Below are positions 14,401 through 23,145 of a stretch of 41,272 nt of DNA, piece by piece. The position numbers and the translations under genes are program-made. The stretch is from Thauera sp. (GTDB taxonomy: Bacteria > Pseudomonadota > Gammaproteobacteria > Burkholderiales > Rhodocyclaceae), in contig JAGOEI010000004.1 of the NCBI GenBank assembly GCA_017997795.1, positions 1-41,272 of the forward strand. Reading direction: 5' to 3'. The first letter of the stretch is position 1, and the number at the start of each line of letters is the position of its first letter. A model generated the notes under the pieces. The model was not told where the DNA came from. It saw only the letters and a program-made list of their open reading frames with translations, and searched no databases.

Positions 14401-15279
14401 TTACTGCGCTTGCTGGATGCCGGCGATCAGCCAGCCGCCGCTGCCGCTGCGCGGCTTGGTCAGGTGCCAGATCTCGTCGAAAGGCGCGGGAGCCGCATCG
14501 GCTTCCTCGCGCAGCAGTCCGGTGAAGCGGACGCTGACGATGTAGCGGTTGTCCTCTTCGGCCACGTCGATCACGTCGGCGTTGAGTTCGACCACGTCGG
14601 TGCGCTGTTCGCTGCCGCGGCGCTCGTTGAGCTGCATGCAGATCTCGGCGAACACTTCAGGCGTGGTGAATTCACGCAGATCGTCGAGGTTGCCGGCGTC
14701 GTTGGCAGCCTGCAGGCGGATGAAGTTGAGCTTGGCCTGACGGGCGAAGCCATCGGTGTCGAAGCCGGATGCCACCGCCTGGTCGAGCCCGCTGGCCGGT
14801 GCTGCCGTGGCGTTCACGGGCTGGCTGGCCTCGAACGCGGTCCTGGATGCTTGGGCGCTACCGGCAGGGGCGCCGGCGTACTGCAGTCCCCGGTTCGGCT
14901 GGCTGGCCGCATTGCTGCCACGGCGGAACAGCAGGCGGAAGACGAAGAACGCAGCCGCTGCCAGCAGCAGGATCATGAAGAAGTTGGCGAAGCCTTCGCC
15001 CAGGCCGAGGTGCGAGAACAGCGCCGCCAGACCGAGACCGGCGGCGAGGCCGGCGACCGGCCCCATCCACGAGCGCTTGGGCTGGGCGGCTGCGGTGGCC
15101 GCACCCGCGGCCGGCGCTTGTTGCTGCGTGGCCGCGGGCTGGCGCGGCTGGGCGGGCGGGGTCGCCTGGCGATTCATGCCAAAGCTGCTGCCGCCGCCCA
15201 GGCGCTTGGCCTCGGCCTCGGAGGCGACGAAGCCGAAGGACATCACGGCGACGATCAGGGAAAGAAGAAAGCTTTTCAT
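14401..15279 (-). CDS. Tim44 domain-containing membrane protein
   Basis: Signal peptide ending AEAKRLGGGSSFG, GLAAGLGLAAL TM region, C-terminal Tim44-like 'FIRLQAAND...SVRFTG...FDEIWHL...WLIAGIQQ'; GGAG RBS before ATG 15279. Confidence 0.9.
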   Translation of the reverse strand: MKSFLLSLIVAVMSFGFVASEAEAKRLGGGSSFGMNRQATPPAQPRQPAATQQQAPAAGAATAAAQPKRSWMGPVAGLAAGLGLAALFSHLGLGEGFANFFMILLLAAAAFFVFRLLFRRGSNAASQPNRGLQYAGAPAGSAQASRTAFEASQPVNATAAPASGLDQAVASGFDTDGFARQAKLNFIRLQAANDAGNLDDLREFTTPEVFAEICMQLNERRGSEQRTDVVELNADVIDVAEEDNRYIVSVRFTGLLREEADAAPAPFDEIWHLTKPRSGSGGWLIAGIQQAQ

Positions 15280-15298
15280 TGTGTTGGGGTCTCCTGGT

Positions 15299-16036
15299 TC
15301 AGATCTTGTAGCCACGGTGCAGCGCAACGACGCCCGCACTCAGGTTAAAGTAGTCGACCCGGCCAAGTCCGGCTTGTTCCATCATCGCCTTCAATTCTTC
15401 CTGGCCGGGGTGCATCCGGATCGACTCCGCGAGGTAACGGTAGCTGTCGGCGTCGTTGGCGACCTTCGAGCCCATCCACGGCAGCAGCTTGAAGGAATAC
15501 AGGTCGTAGATCGGCGACAGGGGCTTCCACACCTTGGAGAACTCAAGCACCAGCAGCCGCCCACCCGGGCGCAGCACGCGCCGCATCTCGGCGATGGCGA
15601 CGTCCTTGTGCGTCATGTTGCGCAGGCCGAACGCGACCGTGACGCAGTCGAACCAGTCGTCGGGAAAGGGCAGCTTCTCGGCGTCGCACTGGGCGACCGG
15701 CATCGCGAAGCCCTTGTCGATCATGCGATCGCGACCGCGCGACAGCATGGCGTGGTTGATGTCGGTGAGCCACACCTGGCCGCTGCGGCCGACCTTGCGC
15801 GCAAAGGCCAGCGACAGGTCGGCGGTGCCACCGGCCACGTCGAGCACGCGGTCACCCTCGCGCACGTCCGATACCTGGATGGTGAAGTGCTTCCACACGC
15901 GGTGCAGGCCGAAGGACATGATGTCGTTCATCACGTCGTACTTCTGGGCCACCGAGGAGAACACCTCGGCCACCTTCTTCTGCTTGAGTTCCTCGTCTAC
16001 CGTCTGGAAGCCGAAGTGGGTCGTCTTGTCGCTCAT
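15299..16036 (-). CDS. ubiE: Ubiquinone/menaquinone C-methyltransferase UbiE
   Basis: [56 protein letters not shown]. Confidence 0.97.
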   Translation of the reverse strand: MSDKTTHFGFQTVDEELKQKKVAEVFSSVAQKYDVMNDIMSFGLHRVWKHFTIQVSDVREGDRVLDVAGGTADLSLAFARKVGRSGQVWLTDINHAMLSRGRDRMIDKGFAMPVAQCDAEKLPFPDDWFDCVTVAFGLRNMTHKDVAIAEMRRVLRPGGRLLVLEFSKVWKPLSPIYDLYSFKLLPWMGSKVANDADSYRYLAESIRMHPGQEELKAMMEQAGLGRVDYFNLSAGVVALHRGYKI

Positions 16037-16043
16037 GATGTGC

Positions 16044-16466
16044 TCAGTGGTGATGGCCGCAGCCGCCCTTGGGTGCAGGGGGCGGGACCTTGGCGGGGTC
16101 GCGGGTGCCGCCCGTGCGCTCGAGGGCCTCGAGATAGTCGTGCCACAGCGTGTCGTGGTCGCGGCCGAGCGCGTAGAGGTAGTCCCAGGAGTACAGGCCG
16201 CTGTCGTGCCCGTCCGAGAACGTGGGCTTGATCGCGTAGTTGCCCACGGGCGCAATGTCGACGATGTCGACGTCGCGCTTGCCCTGCTGCAGCGTCTCCT
16301 GGCCGGGGCCGTGGCCACGCACTTCGGCCGATGGGGAGTACACGCGCAGGAATTCGAAGGGCAGATCGAAGCGGCTGCCGTCGTCGAAGGCGAGCTCGAG
16401 GCGCCTCGAGCCGCGATGCAAGGTGATTTCGGTGGGGATCGGGGTGTTTTCGTCGAGTCCGGCCAT
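16044..16466 (-). CDS. DUF971 / gamma-butyrobetaine hydroxylase N-terminal-like protein
   Basis: [38 protein letters not shown]. Confidence 0.92.
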   Translation of the reverse strand: MAGLDENTPIPTEITLHRGSRRLELAFDDGSRFDLPFEFLRVYSPSAEVRGHGPGQETLQQGKRDVDIVDIAPVGNYAIKPTFSDGHDSGLYSWDYLYALGRDHDTLWHDYLEALERTGGTRDPAKVPPPAPKGGCGHHH

Positions 16467-16572
16467 GACATCAGTCCCGCTGAAAGGGCCACAATCATAC
16501 CCGAATCGCCGGATCGGCGTTCCGCAGCGCTGGCGCGCGAACGTCCGTCGGGCCTTGTTGCGCTTCGATGAC

Positions 16573-16606
16573 GTGTCATCAAAGGTTCAAGGAGCTGCAA
16601 TACACT
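16573..16606 (+). promoter_or_regulatory. Putative Pho box plus -10 element (PhoB-autoregulated promoter)
   Basis: GTGTCAT-caaa-GGTTCAA (16573-16590, 11-bp period), then 10 bp, then TACACT (16601-16606): the canonical Pho-box/-10 spacing; second half-site is degenerate. Confidence 0.6.
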
Positions 16607-16634
16607 CCGGGCAATGCTAATAGGGAGTCCAGGC

Positions 16635-17345
<711 letters not shown>

Positions 17346-17373
17346 GCGCCAGCATGTCCTTCCAGGATCGGGC

Positions 17374-18696
17374 GTGATCGCCAGACCGCTTTCCTATGTG
17401 ACCCTCGGGGTGGCCGTCCCGGCGATCGCCATGCTCGCCCTTGCCGCGCTCGCCGGGGTCTATCGAGGCAGCGACGCGGCGCTGGCGCTCATCGCGGTGG
17501 GCCTCATCGGCGCCGCGATCATGCTCGCCCGCAACCTGCACACGCTGGTTGCGTGGGCGCGGCAGCCGATCGGCACGCCGGTGCCCCAGGGCGAAGGGCT
17601 GTGGGGCGACATCTACGCCGACATCGGCCATCGTTTCCAGCGCGAATGCGAGGTCAAGGAGCGCCTGTCCGCCGAGCTCGGCCGCTTCCAGCAGGCCGCG
17701 CTCGCGATGCCCGACGGCGTGATCTACCTGGGCGAGGACGACGTCATCGAGTGGATGAACCCGATGGCCGAGCAGCATTTCGACCTCGACCGCCGCAAGG
17801 ACGTGCGCACGCCCCTGCCCAACCTGATCCGCCAGCCCGAGTTCGTCACCTATCTGGCAGGTCGCAACTACGCCGAGCCGCTGGTGATGCGCTCGCTGCG
17901 CCGCCGCGACCGCACCCTGCAGGTGCAGATCATCGCCTTTGCCGGCAACCGGCGCATGGTGCTGTCGCGCGATGTCTCCCAGCTCGAGCGCCTGGAGAAC
18001 ATGCGGCGGGATTTCGTCGCCAACGTGTCGCACGAGCTGCGCACCCCGCTCACCGTGGTCGGCGGTTTCCTGGAGACCCTGATCGACGGCATGGACGACT
18101 TCTCGCGCGAGGACGTCATTCATTACCTCAAGCTGGCGAGCGAGCAGTCGTCGCGCATGCAGCGCCTGATCGAGGAGCTGCTCACCCTGTCCGCCCTCGA
18201 AACCGGTGCGCCCGCCCAGATCGACGAGGAGATCGATGCCGTCCAGCTCGTCAAGGAAGTCGCGCACGAGACCGACCTGCTGTCCGCCGGGCGGCACGAG
18301 CTCCGCCTGGTGCTCGAGGGCGGTGGCGCGCTGCTCGGCAGTCGCAAGGAGCTGCACAGCGCCTTCTCCAATCTGGCCAGCAACGCCGTGCGCTACACCC
18401 CGGCGGGCGGCCATATCGAGATCGGCTGGCGTACCAGCGAAGAGGGCGGGGGTGGCGAGTTCTGGGTGCGCGACGACGGCATCGGCATCGACCCGGTGCA
18501 CATTCCACGCCTGACCGAGCGCTTCTACCGTGTGGACCGCGGGCGTTCGCGCGAAACCGGCGGCACCGGGCTCGGGCTGGCGATCGTCAAGCACATCCTC
18601 ACCCGCCACCAGGGCGAACTGACCGTCACCAGCGAGCTGGGCAAGGGCAGTCGCTTTGCGATGCGCTTTCCGCCCGCACGCGTCAGGCCGGATTGA
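17374..18696 (+). CDS. phoR: Phosphate regulon sensor histidine kinase PhoR
   Basis: Two TM helices, PAS (AMPDGV...IRQPEF), H-box DFVANVSHELRTPLT, ERFYRVDRGRSRETGGTGLGLAIVKH; GTG start at 17374 is tentative. Confidence 0.93.
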   Translation: MIARPLSYVTLGVAVPAIAMLALAALAGVYRGSDAALALIAVGLIGAAIMLARNLHTLVAWARQPIGTPVPQGEGLWGDIYADIGHRFQRECEVKERLSAELGRFQQAALAMPDGVIYLGEDDVIEWMNPMAEQHFDLDRRKDVRTPLPNLIRQPEFVTYLAGRNYAEPLVMRSLRRRDRTLQVQIIAFAGNRRMVLSRDVSQLERLENMRRDFVANVSHELRTPLTVVGGFLETLIDGMDDFSREDVIHYLKLASEQSSRMQRLIEELLTLSALETGAPAQIDEEIDAVQLVKEVAHETDLLSAGRHELRLVLEGGGALLGSRKELHSAFSNLASNAVRYTPAGGHIEIGWRTSEEGGGGEFWVRDDGIGIDPVHIPRLTERFYRVDRGRSRETGGTGLGLAIVKHILTRHQGELTVTSELGKGSRFAMRFPPARVRPD

Positions 18697-20287
18697 GCAC
18701 GGTGTCGGTGTCGAAGCTGCACTGATCGAAATTGGTCCCGCGCAGCAGCAGCTTGCGCAGGCTGACATGGCGCGAGGTCTCGCCTTCGCGCACCTCGATG
18801 ATGCGGTTGGTCTGGAACCACATCGGCGGCAGAACCAGCGAGCCAGCCGATTTCAGCGCCGGTGACGGTGGCAGCAGGAAGGCCTGGTGGAAGGGTTCGC
18901 GCCGACCGGGGGCGAGCTGCGGACGGACCGAGATGACGCGCGGTATGCCGGGCAGGACATTGACCCCGACCTCGAGCATGCCTGCGCTGCGATACATCAG
19001 CCAGCTCAGGTCTGCGATCAGCAACTGTTCGGAATCGAGCGGACGGATACCGACCAGTTGGTGATGTTCGAGGCGAACGCCGTCCCCCGGGTGCTGCAGG
19101 CGGAAGCCGCCCACCGACTGGTCCAGCACCTGCCAGTGCTCGGATTCGAAATCCGCCTGCGAGGCTTTCCCACGCTCTGGCGACGCAGTCTCCACGACGT
19201 GCTGCGCGCGCTCGCCGAAGGTGAGCAGCGAGATGTCGTCGTTCAACTGGCGGCGGACGGCCCCGGTGGCGCGGGGTTGCTGGAAGAGTTCGCCGTTGAG
19301 GGCGAAGCCGATCGCCAGCCAGTCTCCGGTGAGTTCGACCTGCCCGGCCTTCGCTCGGCGGGGAAAGCGGCGCCCCGAAGAGGCCAGGCCCCAGGGGCGG
19401 TAGAGCGAAAGCAGCAGCCGCGCGCTGACGCTGGTCGGGCAGTCGTCGCCGAGGCCGAGCGAGGCGGGCTTCACCCCGCGCTTGAACTGCGCGAGCACGG
19501 CCTGGATCTGGATCGCAAGGTTGCTGCCATCGAAGCGCAGCAGCGTCGGCGTACGCGGCAGCAGCCCGAGCGGCCGCAAGCTGCCGTCGCCGGCCGTATC
19601 CACGCCGTACGCGCTCGGCTTCTGGGTGTCGACCTTGTCGTCCAGGGCGCAATACGGCGCGAAGCGCTGCGCCCAGCGAATGACCCAGTTGAGCTCGCGT
19701 TCGCTGCGGCCGTAGGGGTTTGCGAGGTCGATCAGGAGGACGGCGACATAGGCCTCGTGCGGGCTCTGCGCGCGCCAGACTTCGTTGAGCGCGTCGGCGA
19801 CGCGCACGCGGGCGAGTCCCTCGCGAACCGCGTGCTGGTAGCTCGCGTGCACCGCTTGCCACATGCCGGCGGGCAATTCCCGATGGGCGCGGAAGTACTC
19901 TACGAGCGCCATGCCTTCGTAGCAGACGCGACGCTGCGCCAGCAGTGCGCGCTGGTCCTCGAGCGTGCCTTCGCGCGCGTCGGCCTCGGCGATCGCCGCA
20001 TACGAGCGCGCCATCGCCTGCCACAGGCCCACGACGTGGTCGAGCGTGCGCTCCGCGTCCCGGCTCGGTGGCAGCGGGCGGGTGGTGTAGCTGCGGGCCA
20101 TCTCGCCCTGCGCGAAGTTCAGCGTGTCGCGTGCGGCCTCGAGCACCTCGAGGTGCTGATTCGGCGCCGGCCGCGCGCCGAGCAGGCCGCGCACGATGCG
20201 CGACAGCGTGTCGTGGGTTGCCCGGAAATCGATCGGGTGCAGTTTGCGCAAGGCATCGAGGCAGGCCGCGGGCTGGGTGTAGTCCAT
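18683..20287 (-). CDS. Hypothetical ~534-aa protein, FimW-like, with a C-terminal PilZ-like domain
   Basis: Helical N-terminal region (PLPP, ANPY motifs); C-terminal RRFPR (RxxxR) and DQSVGG (DxSxxG); start set at ATG 20287. Confidence 0.6.
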   Translation of the reverse strand: MDYTQPAACLDALRKLHPIDFRATHDTLSRIVRGLLGARPAPNQHLEVLEAARDTLNFAQGEMARSYTTRPLPPSRDAERTLDHVVGLWQAMARSYAAIAEADAREGTLEDQRALLAQRRVCYEGMALVEYFRAHRELPAGMWQAVHASYQHAVREGLARVRVADALNEVWRAQSPHEAYVAVLLIDLANPYGRSERELNWVIRWAQRFAPYCALDDKVDTQKPSAYGVDTAGDGSLRPLGLLPRTPTLLRFDGSNLAIQIQAVLAQFKRGVKPASLGLGDDCPTSVSARLLLSLYRPWGLASSGRRFPRRAKAGQVELTGDWLAIGFALNGELFQQPRATGAVRRQLNDDISLLTFGERAQHVVETASPERGKASQADFESEHWQVLDQSVGGFRLQHPGDGVRLEHHQLVGIRPLDSEQLLIADLSWLMYRSAGMLEVGVNVLPGIPRVISVRPQLAPGRREPFHQAFLLPPSPALKSAGSLVLPPMWFQTNRIIEVREGETSRHVSLRKLLLRGTNFDQCSFDTDTVLNPA

Positions 20288-20301
20288 TGGGTGCTCTATG
20301 T

Positions 20302-20721
20302 TCAATCCGGAGCGCCGGGGTTCAGCGCGCTGTCGATGGCGCGCGCCAGCGCAACCGGGTCGGCGGCGGCGTGCGCCCGGCCCTCGCGCTGTGCGGCGCC
20401 CCAGACGGATTCGGGAAAATGACGGTCGTCGTGGTAGCGCGGGATCACGTGCCAGTGCAGGTGCGGCACCATGTTGCCGAAGCTGGCGAGGTTGATCTTG
20501 GCCGGATGCAGCAGCGTGCGCAGCGCGGCCTCGGTGGCCATCACGACCTCGAACAGGTGGGCGCGGTCGGCGCGCGACAGGTCGGTCATCTCGGCGACGT
20601 GTTCGCCCCACACCACGCGGCAGAAGCCCGGGTGAGCGGGGTCATCGACGCGGATGACCCGGCAGCGATCGTCTTCCCAGATGACGTGTTCGGGGGGCAG
20701 CGCACACAGCGGACAGTCCAT
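20302..20721 (-). CDS. HIT family nucleotide hydrolase
   Basis: N-terminal CPLC, HVAEMTDL, KINLASFGNMVPHLHWHVIPR histidine triad. Confidence 0.95.
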   Translation of the reverse strand: MDCPLCALPPEHVIWEDDRCRVIRVDDPAHPGFCRVVWGEHVAEMTDLSRADRAHLFEVVMATEAALRTLLHPAKINLASFGNMVPHLHWHVIPRYHDDRHFPESVWGAAQREGRAHAAADPVALARAIDSALNPGAPD

Positions 20722-20798
20722 GTTCGGTCTCGATCTTCAGCAAGCGTGGAATTGGCAGTCCAATCTAGCCCCTTCCGCGCGCGCATTGCGAGGAACTC

Positions 20799-21620
20799 TT
20801 ACGCACCGGAGGCCGCGCGCGGAAAGTCCTGGGCCACCGTCTGCGTCTCGCCGACCGCGACCGGCGCGCCGTCCTTGAAGGCGAGCAGGTTGCCGGGCGG
20901 GATGGCGATCCAGCGCTCGTTGTCGGTCAGCGCGGTGGTGGCGATGATCGCGACCCGATCGCTCGGCTGGGTCACGCGGTTGAAGTCGAGCGCCAGGTCC
21001 TCGTCCGACAGGTGGGCGATCGGGAAGGGCGCCTGGCGGATGATGTAGGACAGGCGCGAGGAGCAGTGCGCGAACAGCCAGTCGCCATCCGAGAGCAGGA
21101 AGTTGAACTCGCCCAGGCTGCCGATCTCGAGCGCCAGCGCGCGCAGCGTGGCGTGCAGCTCGGCCGCTGTGGGCGTGCCCAGCGGGAAGCGCGCGGCCAG
21201 GGTGTCGAGGATGTAGCAGAACGCGCGCTCCGAGTCGGTGGTGCCGACCGGCAGGAAGCGCCCGGACAGCGGCGGGGCGAAGTGCTTGAGGTTGCCGTTG
21301 TGGGCGAAGATCCAGTAGCGCCCCCACAGCTCGCGCTGGAAAGGATGCGTGTTCTCGAGCCGCACCTCGCCCTGCGTCGCCTTGCGGATGTGGGCGATGA
21401 CGTTGAGCGAGCGGATCGGGTAGTGCTTGACCAGCTCGGCCACCGGCGAGTGCGCGCTCGGCGCGGGGTCGAGGAACACGCGCGCGCCCTTGCCTTCGAA
21501 GAACGCGATGCCCCAGCCGTCGCGATGATGGTCGGTGAGGCCGCCGCGGGCACGAAAACCGGTGAAGGAAAAGCAGATGTCGGTCGGCACGTTGGCATTC
21601 ATGCCCAGCAACTGACACAT
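20799..21620 (-). CDS. yafJ: Class II glutamine amidotransferase, YafJ/EgtC-like Ntn hydrolase
   Basis: N-terminal MCQLLGM (Cys2 nucleophile), HRDGWG, AHIRKAT, NTHPF, FAHNG, GTTDSE. Confidence 0.88.
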   Translation of the reverse strand: MCQLLGMNANVPTDICFSFTGFRARGGLTDHHRDGWGIAFFEGKGARVFLDPAPSAHSPVAELVKHYPIRSLNVIAHIRKATQGEVRLENTHPFQRELWGRYWIFAHNGNLKHFAPPLSGRFLPVGTTDSERAFCYILDTLAARFPLGTPTAAELHATLRALALEIGSLGEFNFLLSDGDWLFAHCSSRLSYIIRQAPFPIAHLSDEDLALDFNRVTQPSDRVAIIATTALTDNERWIAIPPGNLLAFKDGAPVAVGETQTVAQDFPRAASGA

Positions 21621-21710
21621 GGTGGCGCACTCCGTGCGGCGGTAGGGGCGATCAGTATAGCGAGGCAGGCGGGCTTGCCGTGCCGGCGCCCGCCCAGATC
21701 CGGGAATGCA

Positions 21711-22802
21711 TCACGGCGCGCTCGGTGCGGCCAGGTTGCGAAAGCTCGCTGCGCCCTGGCGATCGACCAGCCAGTCGGTGAAGCTCGCGCCCACCCACAT
21801 GCCGGTGAGCGTGACCCAGGCGGTGACCGCGAACACCGACGCGCCCGACACCCCGGCGCCCACCGCACAGCCGCCGGCGAGCATGCCGCCGAAGCCCATC
21901 AACACCGCGCCGATGATGTAGCGCCGCATCGCGTGCCCGCCCTGGAAGCCCTCGAGCTTGAGTTCGCGGGCAAACCACGCCGCGATGAAGGAGCCGAGGA
22001 ACACGCCCGGGACCATGCCGAGGTCGAAGTTCAGTTGCTGGCCCGGGGGCGACAGCACCAACATCAGCACGTCGGCTGACGGACCGGTGAACGACAGGCT
22101 CTGCACCGGCGTCGGTTCGAACAGCAGCCCTGCCAGCCGCCAGGTGAACCACCACGCCACGCCGACCATCAGCCCGGCGCCGATGCCGCCGATCCAGCCC
22201 CAGGCCTTCACCTGGTGGCGGCGGGCGAACCAGATGCCGGCGCCGAGCCAGGCCAGGCCGAACAGCAGCCCGCTGCTGCGCCCCATGCCGGTGAGGGCGA
22301 GCAGGTCGCGCGCGTTGCCGCCGTCGATGGTCCACAGTCCGGCGAGCGTCTCGCGCCACGGCGACAGAATGCCGTTCATCGAGGCCTGCGCGGTGACGGC
22401 GAAGATCAGCCCGGACAGCAGCGCGCGCAGGTTGCCATTGGCCGCCAGCACCAGCAGCCGGCTCGAACAGCCGCGCGCCAGCACCATGCCGATGCCGAAC
22501 AGCAGCCCGCCGATGGCGGCGCCGGACAGGCTGCCCTGGCTGGCAAGCTGGCGCACGTTGCCGGTGTCGAACTGGCCGGCGAGCATCAGCGACTGGGTGA
22601 GGATGATGGCGGCGGAGAAGGCGAGCAGCCACACCGCGAGCTTGGGGCCGAACTGCGCGCGCGCCACCTCGACCACCGCGGCGCGCAGGCAGAACTGCGA
22701 GCGCTGGGCGAAGAAGCCGAAGGCGGCACCGATCAGCAGTCCGCCCAGCGCAAGGCCGCGGTCTTCTCCCAGCCATTCGACGAATTGGGCGATCGTCTCC
22801 AC
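21711..22802 (-). CDS. YeeE/YedE (TsuA-like) sulfur-compound transporter
   Basis: Polytopic 363-aa protein with three Cys motifs QRSQFCLR, LARGCSS, LAGGCAVG; GGAGGAG RBS before the GTG. Confidence 0.88.
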   Translation of the reverse strand: METIAQFVEWLGEDRGLALGGLLIGAAFGFFAQRSQFCLRAAVVEVARAQFGPKLAVWLLAFSAAIILTQSLMLAGQFDTGNVRQLASQGSLSGAAIGGLLFGIGMVLARGCSSRLLVLAANGNLRALLSGLIFAVTAQASMNGILSPWRETLAGLWTIDGGNARDLLALTGMGRSSGLLFGLAWLGAGIWFARRHQVKAWGWIGGIGAGLMVGVAWWFTWRLAGLLFEPTPVQSLSFTGPSADVLMLVLSPPGQQLNFDLGMVPGVFLGSFIAAWFARELKLEGFQGGHAMRRYIIGAVLMGFGGMLAGGCAVGAGVSGASVFAVTAWVTLTGMWVGASFTDWLVDRQGAASFRNLAAPSAP

Positions 22803-22835
22803 GCGCTCCTCCTGTGCCCGGACGTGCGTCCGGTC

Positions 22836-22868
22836 TGGTCATCATTCAACAATATAAGAATGTGACCA
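22836..22868. promoter_or_regulatory. Imperfect inverted repeat (candidate operator) upstream of yeeE
   Basis: TGGTCAtCATTC-aacaatataa-GAATGTGACCA in an AT-rich patch. Confidence 0.5.
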
Positions 22869-22905
22869 ACTACAAAAGGAGAACGAGGCGTTGAGGATCG
22901 AGGTT

Positions 22906-22983
22906 GTGGGAGCAACTGTCTGTGGGCTTGCCCGCGAATGTCGCCAGATCAAGCGCCCCTTTCGCGGCCAAGGCCGCTCCCAC
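22906..22983. repeat. REPIN-like element: two inverted GTGG-type REPs, left arm interrupted by 10 bp
   Basis: GTGGGAGC[aactgtctgt]GGGCTTGCCCGCGAA ... TTCGCGGCCAAGGCCGCTCCCAC. Confidence 0.75.
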
Positions 22984-23145
22984 GGGCGCTGAGGCCGTCG
23001 CAGGTCCTCGTGGGAGGCTCGCCCGCGAGCCGCGTGCCTCCGGTAGGCGCATGTGCGGGCGCGCACGTTCTCACGGCGACCCGGCTCGGGGGCGGCGACG
23101 CCCGTGCTTACGGTCCCGCGCGCCGGGCTTGTCCCCGGCAACGAC

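Noticed and set aside
22891-22992. Small TTG-start ORF behind an AAGGAG on the plus strand
   Set aside because: It runs almost entirely through the REPIN and has no coding features of its own.
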